From Heteronotia binoei (taxonomy: Eukaryota), in assembly GCF_032191835.1 (NCBI RefSeq), contig NC_083224.1, forward strand, positions 34,286,001 to 34,350,000: 64,000 nucleotides of DNA, in the 5' to 3' direction. Positions 13,723 through 26,164 of this stretch are shown here, one piece after another. Positions within the stretch are counted from its first letter, which is position 1. Each line of letters starts with the position of its first letter. Under the pieces are notes generated by a model. That model had not been told where the DNA came from and ran no database searches. It was given only the letters and a program-made list of their open reading frames with translations. Made by a program: the position numbers and the translations under genes.

Positions 13723-13981
13723 CTCATTAGATTTTGGAAGCTAAGCAGCCCTGGTGAGTATTTGGATGAGAGACCTCCTGACCAATTTTTGCATGGATAG
13801 CTATTATGTACGGGGGGGGGGGGTCATGACCCTGGTCAGTTGTTCTTCATATGTTGTATGAGAGTCAGTTTGGTGTAGTGGTTAGGAGCATGGACTCTAA
13901 TCTGGGAGAACTGGGTTTAATTCCCTACTCCTCCACATGCAACTGCTGGAATGACCTTGGACCACTCGCAAAACCATCTGT

Positions 13982-15333
13982 GGGCACTTTTGCATGGGCT
14001 AAATAATGCACTTTCAATCCACTTTCAGTGCACTTCCCAACTGGATTTTGCCAGTTCACACAGTAAAATCCAGTTGCAAAGTGAACATAAGAACATAAGA
14101 GAGGCCATGTTGGATCAGGCCAATGGCCCATCAAGTCCAACACTCTGTGTCACACAGTGGCAAAAAATTTTATATACACACATACACTGTGGCTAATAGC
14201 CACTGATGGACCTGTGCTCCATATTTTTATCTAAACCCCTCTTGAAGGTGGCTATACTTGTGGCTGCCACCACCTCCTGTGGCAGTGAATTCCACATGTT
14301 AATCACCCTTTGGGTGAAGAAGTACTTCCTTTTATCCGTTTTAACCTTTCTGCTCAGCAATTTCATCGAATGCCCACAAGTTCTTGTATTGTGAGAAAGG
14401 GAGAAAAGTACTTCTTTCTCTACTTTCTCCATCCCATGCATTATCTTGTAAACCTCTATCATGTCACCCCGCAGTCGACGTTTCTCCAAGCTAAAGAGTC
14501 CCAAGCGTTTCAACCTTTCATAGGGAAAGTGCTCCAGCCCTTTAATCATTCTAGTTGCCCTTCTCTGGACTTTCTTCAATGCTATAATATCCTTTTTGAG
14601 GTGCGGCGACCAGAACTGCACACAGTACTCCAAATGAGACCGCACCATCGATTTATACAGTGGCATTATGATACTGGCTGATTTGTTTTCTATTCCCTTC
14701 CTAATAATTCCCAGCATGGCGTTGGCCTTTTTTATTGCAGACGCACACTGTCTTGACATTTTCAGTGAGTTATCTACCACGACCCCAAGATCTCTCTCTT
14801 GGTCAGTCTCTGCCAGTTCACACCCCATCAACTTGTATTTGTAGCTGGGATTCTTGGCCCCAATGTGCATAACTTTGCACTTGGCCACATTGAACCGCAT
14901 CTGCCACGTTGACGCCCACTCACCCAGCCTCAACAGATCCCTTTGGAGTTCCTCACAATCCTCTCTGGTTCTCACCACCCTGAACAATTTAGTGTCATCC
15001 GCAAACTTGGCCACTTCACTGCTCACTCCCAACTCTAAATCATTTATGAACAAGTTAAAGAGCATGGGACCCAGTACCGAGCCCTGCGGCACCCCACTGC
15101 TTACCGTCCTCCACTGCGAAGACTGCCCATTTATACTGACTCTCTGCTTCCTATTACTAAGCCAGTTTTTGATCCACAAGAGGACCTGTCCTTTTACTCC
15201 ATGACTCTCAAGTTTTCTAAGGAGCCTTTGATGAGGAACTTTATCAAAAGCTTTCTGGAAGTCAAGGTAAACAACATCTAATCCAATTGAAAGTGGATTG
15301 AAAGTGCATTATTTAAGGTGTGTGGAAGCACCC
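13982..15333. mobile_element. Palindromic PIF/Harbinger-like MITE split by the CR1 insertion
   Basis: Halves 13982-14083 and ~15281-15333 match intact copies at 16018 and 47857; flanked by 3-bp tgt/tgt. Confidence 0.75.
14084..15280 (-). mobile_element. 5'-truncated CR1 LINE with uninterrupted RT C-terminal ORF2 portion
   Basis: Minus frame open from 15278 (DVVYLDFQKAFDKVPH) through GVPQGSVLGP, KFADDTKL, HLEYCVQFWSPH to the stop at 14193. 3'UTR ends in (TTCTTATG)-type repeats at 14084-14100. Confidence 0.97.
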
Positions 15334-15344
15334 TGTGAAACCAG

Positions 15345-15637
15345 TTATAATATAGTGGGTTCAACGCAAGGAAGAGACGAGGTGGTCATAGCTCTTTATT
15401 TCAGTACGGTATAGTATAGGGCTGCACTCAAAGAATGGAGAGCTGGGCCAACAGGGCCAGCTATATACACTACAGGGTTCCCGCACAAGCATGCCATTGG
15501 ATGATTCAAACCAGCAGGAGGCTCGTGATTGGAGCAGGGCAGAAGGGATTTGGAGTCCCCAAGTTCAGTCCTACAGGCTCCAGTGAGCCAGGCTGGAACA
15601 CCATTAAATATATCTATTACAGTTCACATACACAACA
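15345..15637 (-). mobile_element. Probable solo LTR (antisense)
   Basis: On the minus strand it begins TGTTGTG, has two CCAAT boxes (15528-32, 15496-500), TATATA (15462-67) and AATAAA (15395-400). Flanked by ccag/ccag; the terminal CA is eroded. Confidence 0.6.
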
Positions 15638-16017
15638 CCAGTGAATGAATTTATATTCTTTACAAAACAGATGTTCCTTCTGCAGTCGCAGTCCATGTGA
15701 GCTCATGTGGGGGTGGCTGGCATCCCTGTCTCCACAACTCACTTCAAAATCAGCATGAAAAGGGACATCTTAAGCTGAACATTAACATTAGCAAATCTAA
15801 GCAACACAGCAGTTCTTTTGGTGTGCCACCACAGAAAAGACCCTCTCCCATAAATCCATCCCCCTTTGTTTAGAAAATGAGGACAAATAACTGGTTGGTT
15901 CTAAGCATCACTGACTCTGAATTCATTCAGATACCCCTTAGTATGTGTGCTTAGGCTAATGACCTAACTAAGTAACCCGGCCTCAGCATGATGCTGAGGC
16001 TGCAGGAAGCTGACTGA

Positions 16018-16146
16018 GGCTGCAATCACACACACTAAATAATGCACTTTTCAACTGGATTTTGCCAGTTCAGACAGTAAAATCCGATTGGAAAGTGCAC
16101 TGAAAGTGGATTGAAAATGCATTATTTAGTGTGTGTGATCGCAGCC
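16018..16146. mobile_element. Palindromic Harbinger-like MITE
   Basis: TIR ggctgcaatcacacacactaaataatgca / tgcattatttagtgtgtgtgatcgcagcc. Confidence 0.8.
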
Positions 16147-17033
16147 TGTGTTGCAGCTGTATTGGGGGGGGGGGGGGAGGCGGGATAGCAACAGGAATTG
16201 TTACAATCAGCTGTTTAATGCAGCAGTCAGTGCCAAATAAGCTTTTGCACAGTCAAATGGCAGGAAAAGAGCCTTCAGCTAAGCGTTGTGGGATGTGTTT
16301 TGAGAGAACCCTTTTTGTCTGCAAAGCGTAAAATGCTATGAAATCAATTAAGAGCTGCTGCTGAACAGACCAAGAAAAGAAGAGGGAAGAGTGGAAAGGA
16401 AGCGGGTGGATGCACGACAGGTGTGGATGTTGAACTTTGGACCATGACCTGACTTCTGTGCTTTGTAGGAATCAGCTGTGGAAAGAAGAAAACACATTTC
16501 TTCCTCTGCTTTTTTTGCATCAGGATGTTTGGCACAATTTAAAAGCAAGGGGGGCGGGGGGAACAGAGCACGGGCACCAGTCAGATCGATGCACAGAGAT
16601 GCATGGAGCTGCATACAGCTTGTGGATCAAGGGGGGGGGGGAAGGATAGGAACAAGTCTAGACATCTGTGAGATTTTCAGGCTGAGTTAGGGTTGCCAGG
16701 TAGGACTGCCAACTCTGGGTTGGGAAATTCTTGGAGATTTGGGAGCAGGATCCTGGAGAGGGCAAGACTAGGAGAGGACAGGGACCTCAGCAGGGTATAA
16801 CGCCAGAGAGTCCACCCTCCAAAGCATTCATTTTCTCCAAGAGCACTGATTTCTGTAGTCCAGGAGAACCCCAGGAGGCTGGCATCCCTATCTAGAAATA
16901 TATATTTCTTACATACATACATACCCTCCTCTGATTTCTTTAAACTGTGAGGACTGCGTGAAGCTTACCCCAAATGAACTTGGAGAACACCGTTTCTTTG
17001 AGCCCAGTTCCTTACAATTTGCCCTTAAATATC

Positions 17034-17158
17034 CAGGTCTTTGTTGGTAGAAAAAGCCCAGCGGGAACTCATCTGCATATTAGGCCACACCCCCTGACAC
17101 CAAGCCAGCCAGAACTGTGCTCCTGTGCATTCCTGCTCAAAAAAAAAAAAAAGCCCTG
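17034..17158. mobile_element. hAT MITE family B
   Basis: TSD taaatatc/gaaatatc. Confidence 0.85.
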
Positions 17159-17772
17159 GAAATATCTACCAGTGCCCATGATCTCTTGCAGGCCCCCTTC
17201 ATGTAGACATAAGCCCTTTGCTGAGGGAGGGGACTTCCTTGAAGTGTAGATGCCACAACAACATGCAGGGCTGGTTCCAGGCTTTTTGGTGCCCTAGGCG
17301 AGGTTACCTATTTGTGCCCTCCCCCCTCAGCATGGCCACCAAGCACTCCTCAGTGCACCTGCCCTCCTCCCCCCCCTGCAATTCCCCGGGTTCAAGTCCT
17401 GCACAGTCCAGCCTTGGGAGGTCAATTTTCTGACAGAAACACCTCTAAGAAAAGGGTATTATTTTAACCCATGCTTGAGAGGAGACCAATGGAGCATTAC
17501 GACAGTAAAATTACTCTTTCCAATTAAGAAACCTAATGACATAGACATCGATCTCCAAGTCTGACATGTTTTCTGCCATTGCTGCTCCACCCCCTCTCCC
17601 CAGTTGAACTCAGGCTTTAATCTGTTAAAAACACTTTCACTATTTTGCATACTAATTCACTGCCCACTCTCTATATGAAGGACTCCTAATTCCATTCCAT
17701 ACTATTGTCTGAGAAAGCGTGCTTGGCACACAAAAGCTCACACTTTGAATAAAACTTTGTTGGTCTTAAAGG

Positions 17773-18338
17773 CAGTGCCGGCCCTGGGGTGCATGGTGCC
17801 CTAGGCAGGCTCCCTGCCCAGTGCCCCTTCCCCACCGTGCTCTGTCTTATGCACACAGGCGGGCCCTCCCTGGTGGCCACCGCCACCGCCCTCCTCCCCG
17901 CTCACCACAATGAAACTGGACCCTGCCTGCCTGCCTTTCCCCCCACTGCCATCGCCAGCCCCCACCCTTTCCTTCCCTTTCACCGCTCTTCCCCACCCCA
18001 GCTCACTACAAGGACACTGGGCCCTACCAGCAAAAGCAGCCATGCGTTTTTTGAAGGCAACGTTGCAGGAGTCTTTGCTCCCCCTCACTTCTTGTTCTGG
18101 AAAGGAGGGGGAAGAACACATGGCTGCCTTGCCAGTAGGGCCCAGCATCGTCGCGGCGAGCTGGGGTGGGAAATAGCGGGGGAAGGGAAGGGCGGGGACT
18201 GGTGGCAGCAGGGGGGGTAGGCAAGCAGGCAAACTAGGTGGTTGTCTTGGACACTGGGAGGGGGGAGCCCAATTCGGTACCCCCCTTCCCAGCGCCCTAG
18301 GCAACCGCCTAATTTGCCTAGTGGGTGAGCCCGCCCTG
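17773..18338. mobile_element. GC-rich hAT-like MITE inserted in a Penelope-like remnant
   Basis: TSD cttaaagg/tttaaagg splits ttggtcttaaagg|tgccactggactc. Related shorter copies at ~25765-25940 and ~30255-30420. Confidence 0.8.
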
Positions 18339-19004
18339 TTTAAAGGTGCCACTGGACTCAAACATTCACATTGTGCAGGAAAAGGAAATAAACTGAAGCC
18401 TCATCAACTGGTCATCTGAAGTGGCTTAAGAGTCCTCGTTTTGGGGATGAGCACAGAATGCTTCCTAAATTTTTCGCTTAGCATGTTTAGGGGAATCCAC
18501 AACCTTTGATTTTCAAGGTCGGTACTCCTGCATTAACCACGAGAGGTTAAATCAGTTTAGTCAGATCACTCTTCGAGAGCTCAGATGGAAATCTGGCAAG
18601 AAATTCTCTCTCTACCACCACAACACTGACAAGAAGCCACAAAACCATACCCCCTGAATTTGCAGACATCATTTATCTTTTGTGGTAGTCTGGGAAGGTG
18701 ATGTCAGTGAATAAAACAGGGATAAACCAGAATAAGCTAACATGCTTATGTTTGTACATCACACAAAACTTTGGTTAAGAACATAAGAGCCCTGCTGGAT
18801 CAGACCAGTGGTCCATTTAGTCCAGTGTCCTATTTTACACAACAGCCAACCAGTTCCTCTGGCAGCTAGTAGCCATGGATAGACTTGTTCTCCATGAATC
18901 TGTGTAATCCACTGTGGTTAATGACCAAATTTGAGATCCTGGCTTCAGGTTTGACAGTCTCTGTCTTAGCTACCTAAGCTATCAGCTTTACTGATGTAGC
19001 AAAC

Positions 19005-19098
19005 ACGAATTTGAGCAGACTTCAGATGATGGTGGAAGACAGGAGGGCCTGGTGTGACTTTGTCCATGGGGTCGCAAAGAGTCGGACTCAACTGTGCG
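19005..19098 (+). mobile_element. Bov-B 3' terminal fragment
   Basis: gtccatggggtcgcaaagagtcggactcaactgtgcgacggaac(aac)n tail. Confidence 0.85.
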
Positions 19099-19688
19099 AC
19101 GGAACAACAACAACAAAACCTTAGCTATGGAGTGACCCACATTCAGACAATCAACTAACCACTAACTGTGGTTTCACATTATGTCTGAACCGAGCCATTG
19201 TCTTGGTGCTGTATTGCCAGTTGAGTGTTGGGAGCTACTCAGCAGCCAGACATGTTTGCTGGCTTCATCTTGCATAGCTGAGAAACAAACATCTTAGTCA
19301 AATAGCTCTTCACTAACAAAGAACAAAGCCCTTTCTGCTGCTCTGAGAGTACAGAAGGTTGAGACATGGCTTAAATTATCCAGAATGGTTCTTCAGATTA
19401 AATGGAATGCTAATTTACAAGGCAAGGAAAGGTTAAGAATATAATTCTCATGCGAGACTTCACTCAAAGCTGAACAGTCTTAGCATTCAGAAACGTCACA
19501 TGTTTCTTTGTGCTCAAGTAAGAATCTAAGAGGAAGGACATCCTGGCTTTTCAGGGAACTGTGTCAAAATAAACAGTTGCCAGCTTTGGAATGACTAGCT
19601 AAACTCAGCATGGAGGACAAAGCTGCTGGCTTTTTGCACAGTCATTAATGATCCCTGTTAATAGGTTTTTGCCTTGACTTGGATAGTT

Positions 19689-19872
19689 CAGGCTAGACTG
19701 ATCTTACCAGGTCTCAGAAGCTAAGAACGGTCAGCCCTGGTTAGCACTTGTATAGGAGACCACCAAGGAATACCAGGGTTGCTACTCAGAGGAGGCAATG
19801 GCAAATTACCTCTAAACCTCTTGCCTTGAAAACCATACACAGTCACCATAAATTGGCTTCAACTTGGTGGCT
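19689..19872 (+). mobile_element. 5S rRNA-derived SINE (5S-Sauria-like)
   Basis: Head resembles 5S rRNA (gatct..gaagctaag..gg..agccctggttag.acttg.at.ggagacc), followed by a Bov-B-like tail. Copies at ~13530-13780, 38338-38533, 43895-44030 and 62865-63060. Confidence 0.8.
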
Positions 19873-20567
19873 GAGAAAATAAATAGGTTTGATTCTGCAG
19901 GAGAGATGGAAAACCAAAGCCCCAAGATAGAGTAAGGTCATAGCTACAATCCCAGTTAAAGAATCCTGGTTTGATTGGGAGGCACCATTGCAGGATCAAT
20001 AGTCTAACTCTGTGTATAACACAACTTCATATATGGCTTTTCCTACAAGTCATGTGGCAGCAGAATCTCCAGCTGTGCTCCCTGGTAGGTTGGCCACTCA
20101 GTGGCCCAGATTCCTGAAAGGCACTGGATAGAATTCAGCCATCAGTCACTCTGGTTAGTAGGGATTTTTCAGTGGTTGCATTTGATACCAGTGAAATCTT
20201 TCCTGAAGTACTTCCTAATCATGACTAAAGAAGACATCATTAATTGGACTCTACTTCTAACGTTTACCTTCTTAGTCTAAAGAACCGGTATGATGCAGTG
20301 GTTAGAGGGTTAGCCTAAGATGTAGGAGAAATGGGTTCAAATCTTTCCTCTGTTATGTAACTCACTTTGGGCCAGTCATAATCTCTCTCAGCCCAACTTC
20401 CCCCACAGAGGCAATAAAATTTATTATTTGTTATTATTTCACATTTCTATATCACCCTTCCCAAACGGGCTCAGGGCAGAATAGAAATAGATATAGGAGA
20501 GCAGTGGGTATCACCCTAAATTCCTTGGAGGAAGACTTGGGATAAAAATATACTAGACAGATACTAG

Positions 20568-20761
20568 CAGGGCTTTTTTTGAGCAGGAGTGCACAGGAAC
20601 GCAGCTCTGGCTGGCTTGACAGCAGAGGGTATGGCCTAATATGCAAATGAGTCCCTGCTGGGCTTTTAGAAAAAGTCCTTTGTGAAACAATGGTGCTGTT
20701 AAGGGGTGTGGCCTAATATGCAAATGAGTTCCTGCTGGACTTTTTCTACACACACCCCCGG
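20568..20761. mobile_element. hAT MITE family B
   Basis: Same subterminal repeats as 13194-13393, opposite orientation. Confidence 0.8.
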
Positions 20762-21309
20762 GTTCTAGAATGCTTATGATCTAGTCTAAGTTCACAATAA
20801 CCTCCTGGACTGACTTTTTAGACAAATCTAAACTATAAAAAAATGAAATCTAGCCTGAATTCTCCTAACTTGCACAAATTAGAACCCATCCTTTCTGCAA
20901 AAGTGGTGAATGAAACATTTAAAGGGTTCCCAATGTCTATTGTGATCTGACACGAGTGATTTGGATATCAAACCTGGAGCCATGCGTCACTTACTATTCA
21001 GTGTTCAGCTGCATTGAACAGAAGAGGCGGTTTGTTCATAGTGCTGTATGCAATTTGACTTCTTGTGTTTGTTGTTCTCTGTCGTTCGGAACAACGTTCC
21101 CCCAACCAGTAGCAAATACTGCATATATTAGACACTGTGAACATAAATGGCCGATTGTTCTGGCTATGTAGGCTGAAGAAATATGGATGGAATTAGGATT
21201 GTGACTCAGAGAGCAGAGAGATGCAAGTGGCAAGTAGATTACTTTTAAGAATTTTCCGCTGGGCATTCACCAAGTGAGGGACTGAAGGAACTGTACTCCC
21301 TTTTTGCAG

Positions 21310-21468
21310 GACGTAGAGCGTGAAGAGACCCCTGTGCTGCACAACTCACCAGGTGGTGCTTCCTTGGCCTCCGAGGATCTTGCCCAAGAAGAGGTCAAAC
21401 CGGAGAACGTGAGAACAGCGGCTGGAACAGACTATAACAACAGCATCATGAGTTTCTTGAAAACCCTG
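21310..21468 (+). CDS. BCAS1: BCAS1 coding exon (159 nt) DVEREE...YNNSIMSFLKTL
   Basis: ccctttttgcag|GAC acceptor and CTG|gtaagg donor. NNSIMSFLKTL matches mammalian NNSIMSFFKTL; phase 0-0. Confidence 0.96.
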
Positions 21469-22499
21469 GTAAGGTTTTGCCTTTGATTTTACTCCATGCA
21501 ATTGGTGTGGATTGTAAGAATTTGTTTCAGTATCTTTTGTACAGATGGGGAGGCAAATATAAGGGGGGGGCCATTTCTCATCTTGCAAAACAGAAACAAA
21601 TACAGTTGAGCTGCAGAAAATTGGGGTTGGATGTTTCAGGTCAGTGGCCGTGTTGGTCTGCAGTAGAAGTGCTTGCTTCAGATCCAGGAGCACCTTACAG
21701 ACCAACCAGATTTCCAGGGGATAAGCTTTTGAGAGTCCAAGCTCCCTTAGTTAGGATGTGGCATTATTAACATTTAAAAATGAAAAATACCAGGTTGTAT
21801 CCTACTGGTCTGCTCGGCTAAAGAGCCTCCAGCATTAGAAGGCAGGGCAGACCACTAGGATGCTACCTAGCGTAAGTACCAGGAATTACTAGCTAAAGCA
21901 GATACTTGTTTGTCTTTAAATAAGTTTTGAGGTGTGATTAAGGTGTGGCAAAATGTATGTTGATAGTTTTAATGAACTGTGAAAAGCAGAACAAAATCAT
22001 CATCTATTCACAGACTAAACGATAGGGCACTGCTAAGAGAACTCACAGACTAGAATGGTTGTTGTAAATCCAATCAAATATCAGCCCAAGATAACAGGAA
22101 ATATTACCAAGGCCAGCTCTCATTCTGTTGGAAACTTTTAGACTCTGTCTTTTTGACTCTTCAGTCTTGCTCTTTATGTACATTCTAGAACTGTATTAAG
22201 TAAGTTCAAGAACATAAGAATTGCTTGTCTGGATCAGGCCAAGGATCAGCATCAATTCCAACAGTCAGATGTTAGCAACAGAGAATCCAATCCTATAGGA
22301 TTGTTGTGCGTCAATTTCCATCAGTACTGGCAGATGAAGTTATTAACTGTATCAATTGTATTGACTGGTTTTTAAAATTGTTAAGTTCAATGTTTTATAT
22401 TGTTAAATTTAACTGTTTTGATTATTATTGTATGTTTTTATGAAATGTTGTCAGCCGCCCTGAGCCTGCCGAGGTGGGGAGGGCGGGATAAAAATAAAA

Positions 22500-22500
<1 letters not shown>

Positions 22501-22555
<55 letters not shown>
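22501..22555. repeat. (ATT)n microsatellite as tail of an L2/SINE end
   Basis: About 18 perfect ATT units directly after an L2 3' end. Confidence 0.95.
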
Positions 22556-22556
<1 letters not shown>

Positions 22557-23576
22557 ATGGTGTGGGGAGTACTCCCTCTAAGCTGTGGAGTCTTGTGAGT
22601 GAAAATTCTACATTGTGAGCTACTGGCATTGAAGTTGTGAGCTACTACATAAGTCAGTTTGGTCGGGGGCATTTTTTCTGAGCTAAGACAAAAATGTGTG
22701 AGCCAGAGTTTTAAAAATGTGAGCTAGCTCACACTAACCCAGCTTATAAGGAACACTGGGGAAGACTGGGGAGGCACCCTGCCCGTTTCCCCAAACTTCC
22801 TAGAGGAATGATAATATTATTAGTATTGACTCTACTGACAGCCTCTGTATATATTGTTTCAGTATAGATTTCTCTTCCATGAATGTATTTCTTACATTCT
22901 GAAGGCAAAATACTCCCATCATCTGTCTGCAACCTGAGAGGTGTATGTCAAATCTTCTGTTGTAGGTTTCCTAGGTCCCACCTTGGTAACTTGACTTAGC
23001 TCGGAGCTGCTATTGCAACTAGGATATTCTTCCTAGTGTTCAAGGGTCTACCTATAGGTTGCAGAATGTCACAGCTGCCCCAGTCCTGTTGATCAGATGT
23101 GTGCTGGAAACTCCTTGCTTTGAACTTCATTCCTAGGCATAGCCAATTCGGATAAAGGACCATGACATACAAGGGCTTAGAGACAATATTTTCCTCACCT
23201 GAAATCACCCTAGGAGGCTGCTATTTGACCTGCTGGGAAAACGTAGACATAGCCAATCAGTGTTTCTCCTGAAAGGGAAACAGTGGATCTTCAGTACTGT
23301 TTCAAATAGGAAAACAGTACAGGGAGAAGGCTGAAGTTCCCTCTCCCTGTAGACCACAATCCCAATCAAAATCTGACCAGTGGATACCTGGGAATTAATT
23401 TCTGAGCATGGAAATCCCAGTTTTTATGTGGCCAATAGGACCAAGGCAGTTATGGGTGGGAATGCACACAAAGAAGATGTCACATACTGCGAGCAATCCT
23501 CAGGTTTGCTGAGAGTCCTACTCAAGTCTGTTCAGTGGAGCTTACTTTTAGGAAAGTGTTCTTAGGATGGCACTGG

Positions 23577-24010
23577 CAGGCCTCATTTTGGACAGGAGCT
23601 CACAGGAGCGGAGCTCAGGAACTTCTAAATTTTGTTGTGCTCTTTCTTTCTTAAACACGCCCCCCCTCCCAAAATACATGCTTCTGGGCTCTATTGTTCA
23701 AACACCCTGTGAGGATTTTGCTGAACTCTAAGATTTGACAAACTTTCTAATATTTTGCCCCACAAAAATAAGAAAATAACCCAAACTTATAAAGCAGACA
23801 GATGGAAATCTTCATCACGCCATTGTGGCCACATAGGAGAAAGATATTTAGAAAGTATGAGGGGAGGGGAGTAAGGTTCTGTTATGACGATTATAATTCA
23901 AGAGCTGATATAATTTAGTACACCTTCCGATGATGTCAGAGGTGTGTGCCATATGCAAATGAGTTGTGCTAATGAGCTCTGGCAGCTCTTTTTCTCCAAA
24001 ATGACCCCTG
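23577..24010. mobile_element. Longer hAT non-autonomous element
   Basis: Perfect 8-bp TSD ggcactgg; ends aaaatgacccctg. Confidence 0.9.
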
Positions 24011-24767
24011 GGCACTGGCAATTACATCCTAACTTTATTTAACCATTTCTACCCTCCCTTTCCCTTTGGCTCAAGGAGCTTTACAAAAAAAAAACCAGTT
24101 TAAAAACATTTCAAATGAAAACAAAACAAAATTTTAAAAAGAATGCTTCACTACTCCCCTAAATGATGCCTGCTGTTCATACCCCCATCAGAAGCTCAGG
24201 CAAACCGGCAAAAGCTGCAGTGCCTCAGGAAGCTCTTCAGGCAAGGGGGTCCCCTAATCTCTTCAAGGAGCCCATTCCACTGAGTAGGAACCATGATAGA
24301 AAATGCCCAGGTTCTGGTTGATGCCAGGTGAGCCACCTTAAGTGGGAGAACAGCCAGCAGATGGCAGTCTGAAAACCGGTTAGCACACAGGGACATTCTG
24401 GAGAAGACATCTACCTCCTTGCCTCATCCTTTTCCTTCCCTCAGCATCTATCCATAGTTTTAACCTATGTTTTCACCTTTGATCTGAATAGACAATTCTT
24501 TTTCACTTTCATTCCTGCACATGCAGCTGCTGGGTGACCTTGGGTCAGTCACAAGTTCTCTCAGAGCTGTTCTCACAAGAACAGTTCTCTGAGAACTCTC
24601 TCTGCCCCCCCCCACCTCACAGGGTGTCTGTTGTGCTGTTGTGGGGAGAGGAAGGGAAGAAGATTGTAAACCGCTCTGAGACTCAGAGTGAAGGGTAGGG
24701 TATAAATCCCATCTCTTCTCTGATGATACACAATCTATGGCTTGTATTTCTCTTCTTGAATTCTTAG

Positions 24768-24812
24768 GTTTCTCCAAGTAAAGCAGATTCTAAGAGTGAG
24801 TCAGAGGACAAG
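24768..24812 (+). CDS. BCAS1: BCAS1 45-nt exon VSPSKADSKSESEDK
   Basis: ttcttgaattcttag|GTT...AAG|gtgagt; resembles mammalian VSPNKAETKKDPED. Confidence 0.93.
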
Positions 24813-25194
24813 GTGAGTATTTTGTTCATTTCTGTCTAATCTGGATTAATGTGTGTTTTAGTGCCAGTTCATGTATATCTATCTCAACTGAATATGGAAA
24901 CTGTCTCCATTTAAAATAATTGCATTGGAGTTGGTATCACATGATATAAAACTTCTGTATGTGTCATTAGATCTGTGATTTATTATTATTATTCCATTTG
25001 TTGCACATTTATCTGCCCTTTCATTCAAGGAGCTCTAGATAATGTACCCAGAAAGGGACTGGGCCATTGTCACCTGATAAACATCATAGCCAAATAACAA
25101 TTTTAATTTGAGCCTCCTCAATCAAAATTTGACTGAGTCCATCAGACATATGATTGGCTCATTAACACTTACAAGTCATTCAAGTGATCACCAT

Positions 25195-25392
25195 CAGGGC
25201 TTTTTATGAGCAGAAACGCACAGGAATGCAGTTCTGGCTGGCTTGGCATCAGGGTTTGTGGCCTAATATGAAGATGAGTCCCTGCTGGGCTTTTCCCACA
25301 AAAAAGCCCTGTGTGAAACAATGGCGATGTCAGGTGGTGTGGCCTAATATGCAAATGAGTTCTTGCTGAAGGTTTTCTACAAAAAAGCGCTG
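25195..25392. mobile_element. hAT MITE family B
   Basis: Perfect TSD atcaccat. Confidence 0.9.
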
Positions 25393-25412
25393 ATCACCAT
25401 ACACGTGGGAAG

Positions 25413-25607
25413 CAATGTTCCCTCTAAGCTGTGGAGTCTTGTGAGCAAAAAATTCCACTTTGTGAGCTACTGGTGTTAAAGTTGTGAGCTCCAGCATAAA
25501 TGAGTTTGCTCTGGAGCCATTTTTCCTGAGCTGAGACCAAAATGTGTGAGCTGGAGGCTAAAAATCTGTGAACTAGCTCACGCAAACTCAGCTTAGAGGG
25601 AACACTG
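25413..25607. mobile_element. hAT MITE (cagtgttccctctaag TIR)
   Basis: Perfect TSD gtgggaag. Further copies at ~22567-22758 and 51604-51797 (TSD ttcagcac). Confidence 0.9.
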
Positions 25608-26164
25608 GTGGGAAGCAGCCCATATGTATAAAACTCTTTCCCAAACATTACATTTACACTGTTCTGAGCCCTTTGAAGGAATGGTAGGATAAAAATGCAA
25701 AAAACAAATTGAAATACTTGGTGACCAGTCCTGAGTTTTTCAGGGTTTTAAGGCCACACTAGAAGGGCTGGCCCTAGACTATCTGGTACCCTAGGCAAGA
25801 CTAACCTTTGGCACACACCCCCCCACACACACACACACTGATAACATCACAGAGTCACATGGGGGCACCCAATTCAGCACCCCAGAAGGCTGGCACCCTA
25901 GGCGATTGTCTAGTTTACCTAGTGGCAGGGCCAGCCCTGCACACTAGACGTGACGGGTGGGATCTTTCTGCATTACACACCTGTCCATCTATTCGTAACT
26001 AAAGCCAGGGTCAATAGTGTTTGTTTTTAAGTTAAAAAAAGAGTCTGTGGTTGAAGAATGTTAAACCCTCTTCCATGCCCCACCTTACTATACACCATTT
26101 TCCCTGTATCTTGGCTCCAGTGTCAGAATGTAGTTAGGTTGTAGAGAAAATGCTGAATGCAACA

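Noticed and set aside
17789-18361. 143-aa and 186-aa overlapping ORFs
   Set aside because: They lie within a GC-rich MITE with TSD; low-complexity, no transposase motifs.
18440-18525. Possible alternative first exon ending at aag|gtcggt
   Set aside because: Its ATG frame ends in phase 1, incompatible with the phase-0 downstream exons; no promoter evidence.
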